A DNA stretch of 62,158 nucleotides, counting the filler, from Sphacelaria rigidula (Eukaryota): NCBI GenBank assembly GCA_964200075.2. It is 6 parts of 6 records of this genome, joined end to end, with 100 filler letters (N's around TTAATTAATTAA, not from the genome) between each part and the next. Parts side by side here need not be neighbours in the genome. Positions count along the whole stretch, not along the records: positions 51,884 to 62,158 come from CAXNAA020006814.1; 5 more parts are not named here. One strand, 5' to 3'. Numbering within the stretch: the stretch's first letter is position 1; each line of letters opens with the position of its first letter. The position numbers and the translations under genes were made by a program. The notes under the pieces were generated by a model that was not told the DNA's origin, ran no database searches, and saw only the letters and a list, made by a program, of their open reading frames with translations. Shown here piece by piece: positions 59,796 to 62,158 of this stretch.

Positions 59796-62099
59796 TCGTG
59801 GGTACACAAAATTCGACTTAGCGGTCGACGAGGGGAAGGGACTGCCAAACCCCTCTCGCGATAAAAAGTAAAAGTAAGCACCGCAATGGGAAGGTGGAGT
59901 ACTAAAAAACAAACAAAGAAAAATCTTTGGTATTGACCTTCCTCCTGTGACCCCGGCTGGCGCGCCCACATATACCGAAAGGTGTAGACTGGCGTCCAGA
60001 ATAAATGGGATGGCAACACACACAAACTGGGGCTGACAGTCCCGAGTGCTCCTACGAGTATCACAGCTTGCTGAGGGCGTGTCTTAGATCACCTTGTATG
60101 ACAAACAATCCGTATTTGTACAAATATGAGGATTTCAGCCCGTTTCAATCCGATTTCCTCCTGTGGATTGATTTTTCGGACCCATGTGAGCTTCATGCAC
60201 ATCTCAAATCTCACCCATAATCCAAAGCTACGTAGCATGGCTGTGTGGACATACACACGCAATCAGTTTATGAGATTTGTATGCAGCCGAGGCTGTTGAA
60301 GACTTCGATCTCTTTGCCCAATTGGTATATGAAATGGGGGGCAAAAGGATGAGTTTTCAACACTCTGCTGCCTCTCGAATCTCATTCACTGACACGGTGC
60401 AGTATGTGGGACTTGAACGCAAAAGCTGATCGCATATATGTTCCTTTTTTACCCAGTTTCAGGTATTGGCGGGCAAAATAGGGATTTATTCGAACAGCTA
60501 TTGGTGTACAATTTCCATTTGAGAGTATATATGGGATTTGTACAACGTCTGCTGATCGAAATAACAATCCCTTTTGCCCGATCCCATATTTGGAATTAGG
60601 ATTTATTTCGAACAGCAGAGGCTGTACAAATTCCAGATTTTCATAGCACTTATGCCTTCGAAAGTCCAGGGGATCTTAATATTGATGGGCCTTCGAGGCC
60701 CCAAAAATGAAAATCCTCTAGAGGATTGCGAATACCCAATATCCTCTAGCGGGGATTTCAAAACGGGCGGAACCGAGGATGACGTTTGGAAAATCCTCTA
60801 CAAGGTAGCCGAATGGCCGCGTGCGTACCGCTTCTCCGGCTGTATTGGATGTCACTACCCCACATGAAAATCTGATCACTGCCACCTCCCCATTGAGTAC
60901 CTTGTCCGGGTTGAGTGCCACCGCAGTAGCTGTCCACGGGTGCTCCATGTGGCGTGGTTCGTGGAGTCGTGGCGTTTGTATTCGTAATTATTTTTTTGAA
61001 CTTTATTGCGGGTCTGATATCGGTTATGATTCTGTATGTGAGCTACTTTATGTTTATGTGAAACTGATGAAAAACAAATCGAAATGTTCAACGTGCCGTC
61101 TTGTCTTTTTGCTGGAAGGTACGTTCCATGGGCGGTGCCGCCAGGAGCCCGCCAGGAACCGCCTCTAGAAGGACGCGAAAAGGCTCGTAAGTTGCGCATA
61201 TTTCACTGATACACGCATAAATCGGTGCACAGTCACTCTTGAACATGAAAAAACTGGAAAAACGCGCGTAAAAAAAATAAAAGCGCATAAAAAGCAAAAG
61301 CCAAACCGCAGATCTCGCTACGCTCGGATCCTTCACTTTGGTCGTATCTCTACGATTGACAGTTGAAAATGAATTTCTGGAGGCTGCTGCGCATCCCACC
61401 TGTTGTGCTGTTCGCCACCACCGGGCTATTATTTCCTCACCACCGGGATATCTTTTTGTTGTCATCATCTCGCTGGTTCTCAGTTTGGTTCTAATTGAAA
61501 TAACCAACGGGCACTCGACGTTCACCACCCCTCTGTTGTCACAACATCATCGTGACCAAGCTCCCCCTACGATTCTCGTACACTATATCACACCATTCAC
61601 GGGCGAGATTGAGGACGAGGGCAAGAGTATACGAGAGCAATTGGTTCCCTGAGCAAGGCCCAGAGCAGAGACTTCATGAAAAGGACGGCCGGCTGCTTTG
61701 ATCATGGGACATCCAATGTAGTTCCCAACGCGAGTAGTTCGGGCACTTTTTTGTGCCGAGTTAGCGCGATATGGGAGGTCGACGAGCTTGCGTTGCGAAG
61801 CCAGGGGCAGTACCGCGCGTCGACTTTGCAGACGTGATAGCTATAGTGGCTAACTTTGACAGCGACGGTAGATGTCTTTTTGGCCGTGGCTAGGCAAAGG
61901 TTCAATAACCCGCCGTATGTTTGTATTTCTGGCATGTCATATGGTCCAGTGTGACTGCCAATTTTCCGCTTCTCTACGAGCTGGGTCGCCCAAGAAACCA
62001 CCAGGAATGTAGAAACGCACATTCTTCGCTAAATTCTGGATCGTTTTCGATGACACTTTGACACGATGTACAGGACGTATGTGCGAATACCAAACCTTT

Positions 62100-62158
62100 C
62101 AAGGGTCGGACAAATAATGATTCGTCTGGAAATTACTTGGTTTCAGTATAATGAGTCG
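62100..62158 (+). mobile_element. hAT-type MITE left end (truncated)
   Basis: caagggtcggacaaataatgattcgtctg matches 34280. Confidence 0.85.

Larger units (their letters stand above)
59581..60024 (+). mobile_element. tRNA-derived SINE carrying two hairpin insertions
   Basis: Colinear with 11348-11708 except for inserts at ~59602-59645 and 59757-59795. Confidence 0.88.

Noticed and set aside
60221-60240. Small palindrome ccaaagctacgtagcatgg as another micro-insertion
   Set aside because: No target duplication and no second copy.

Overview
Eukaryotic, transposon-dense DNA, probably from a brown alga or other stramenopile (inferred from the TE mix, GT-AG exon style and TTAGGG-like repeats; not provable here). 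The window is not one locus. It is six contigs of 10277, 10277, 10277, 10276, 10276 and 10275 bp joined by 100-bp N spacers containing TTAATTAATTAA, so adjacency across spacers means nothing. Retroelements: two Ty1/Copia elements (one near-complete; one internally deleted, with two LTRs and a 5-bp TSD), two decayed Ty3/Gypsy elements (one with a chromodomain-like integrase tail), a decayed DIRS/Ngaro tyrosine-recombinase element and a tRNA-derived SINE family (4 copies). DNA elements: a non-autonomous pogo/Tc1-mariner element retaining a PIP-box-like C-terminus, MITE families with verifiable TSDs (hAT-type 8 bp, Sola-like 4 bp, TA) and a probable intron-split hAT transposase pseudogene. There are also a few candidate host exons. 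The most unusual signal is a pair of ~40-bp hairpin insertions with shared GGGTATGA-type termini and ~8-bp target duplications, both inside one SINE copy. No rRNA, true tRNA, CRISPR array or clearly intact host gene is supported. All alignments and motif calls were made by eye.
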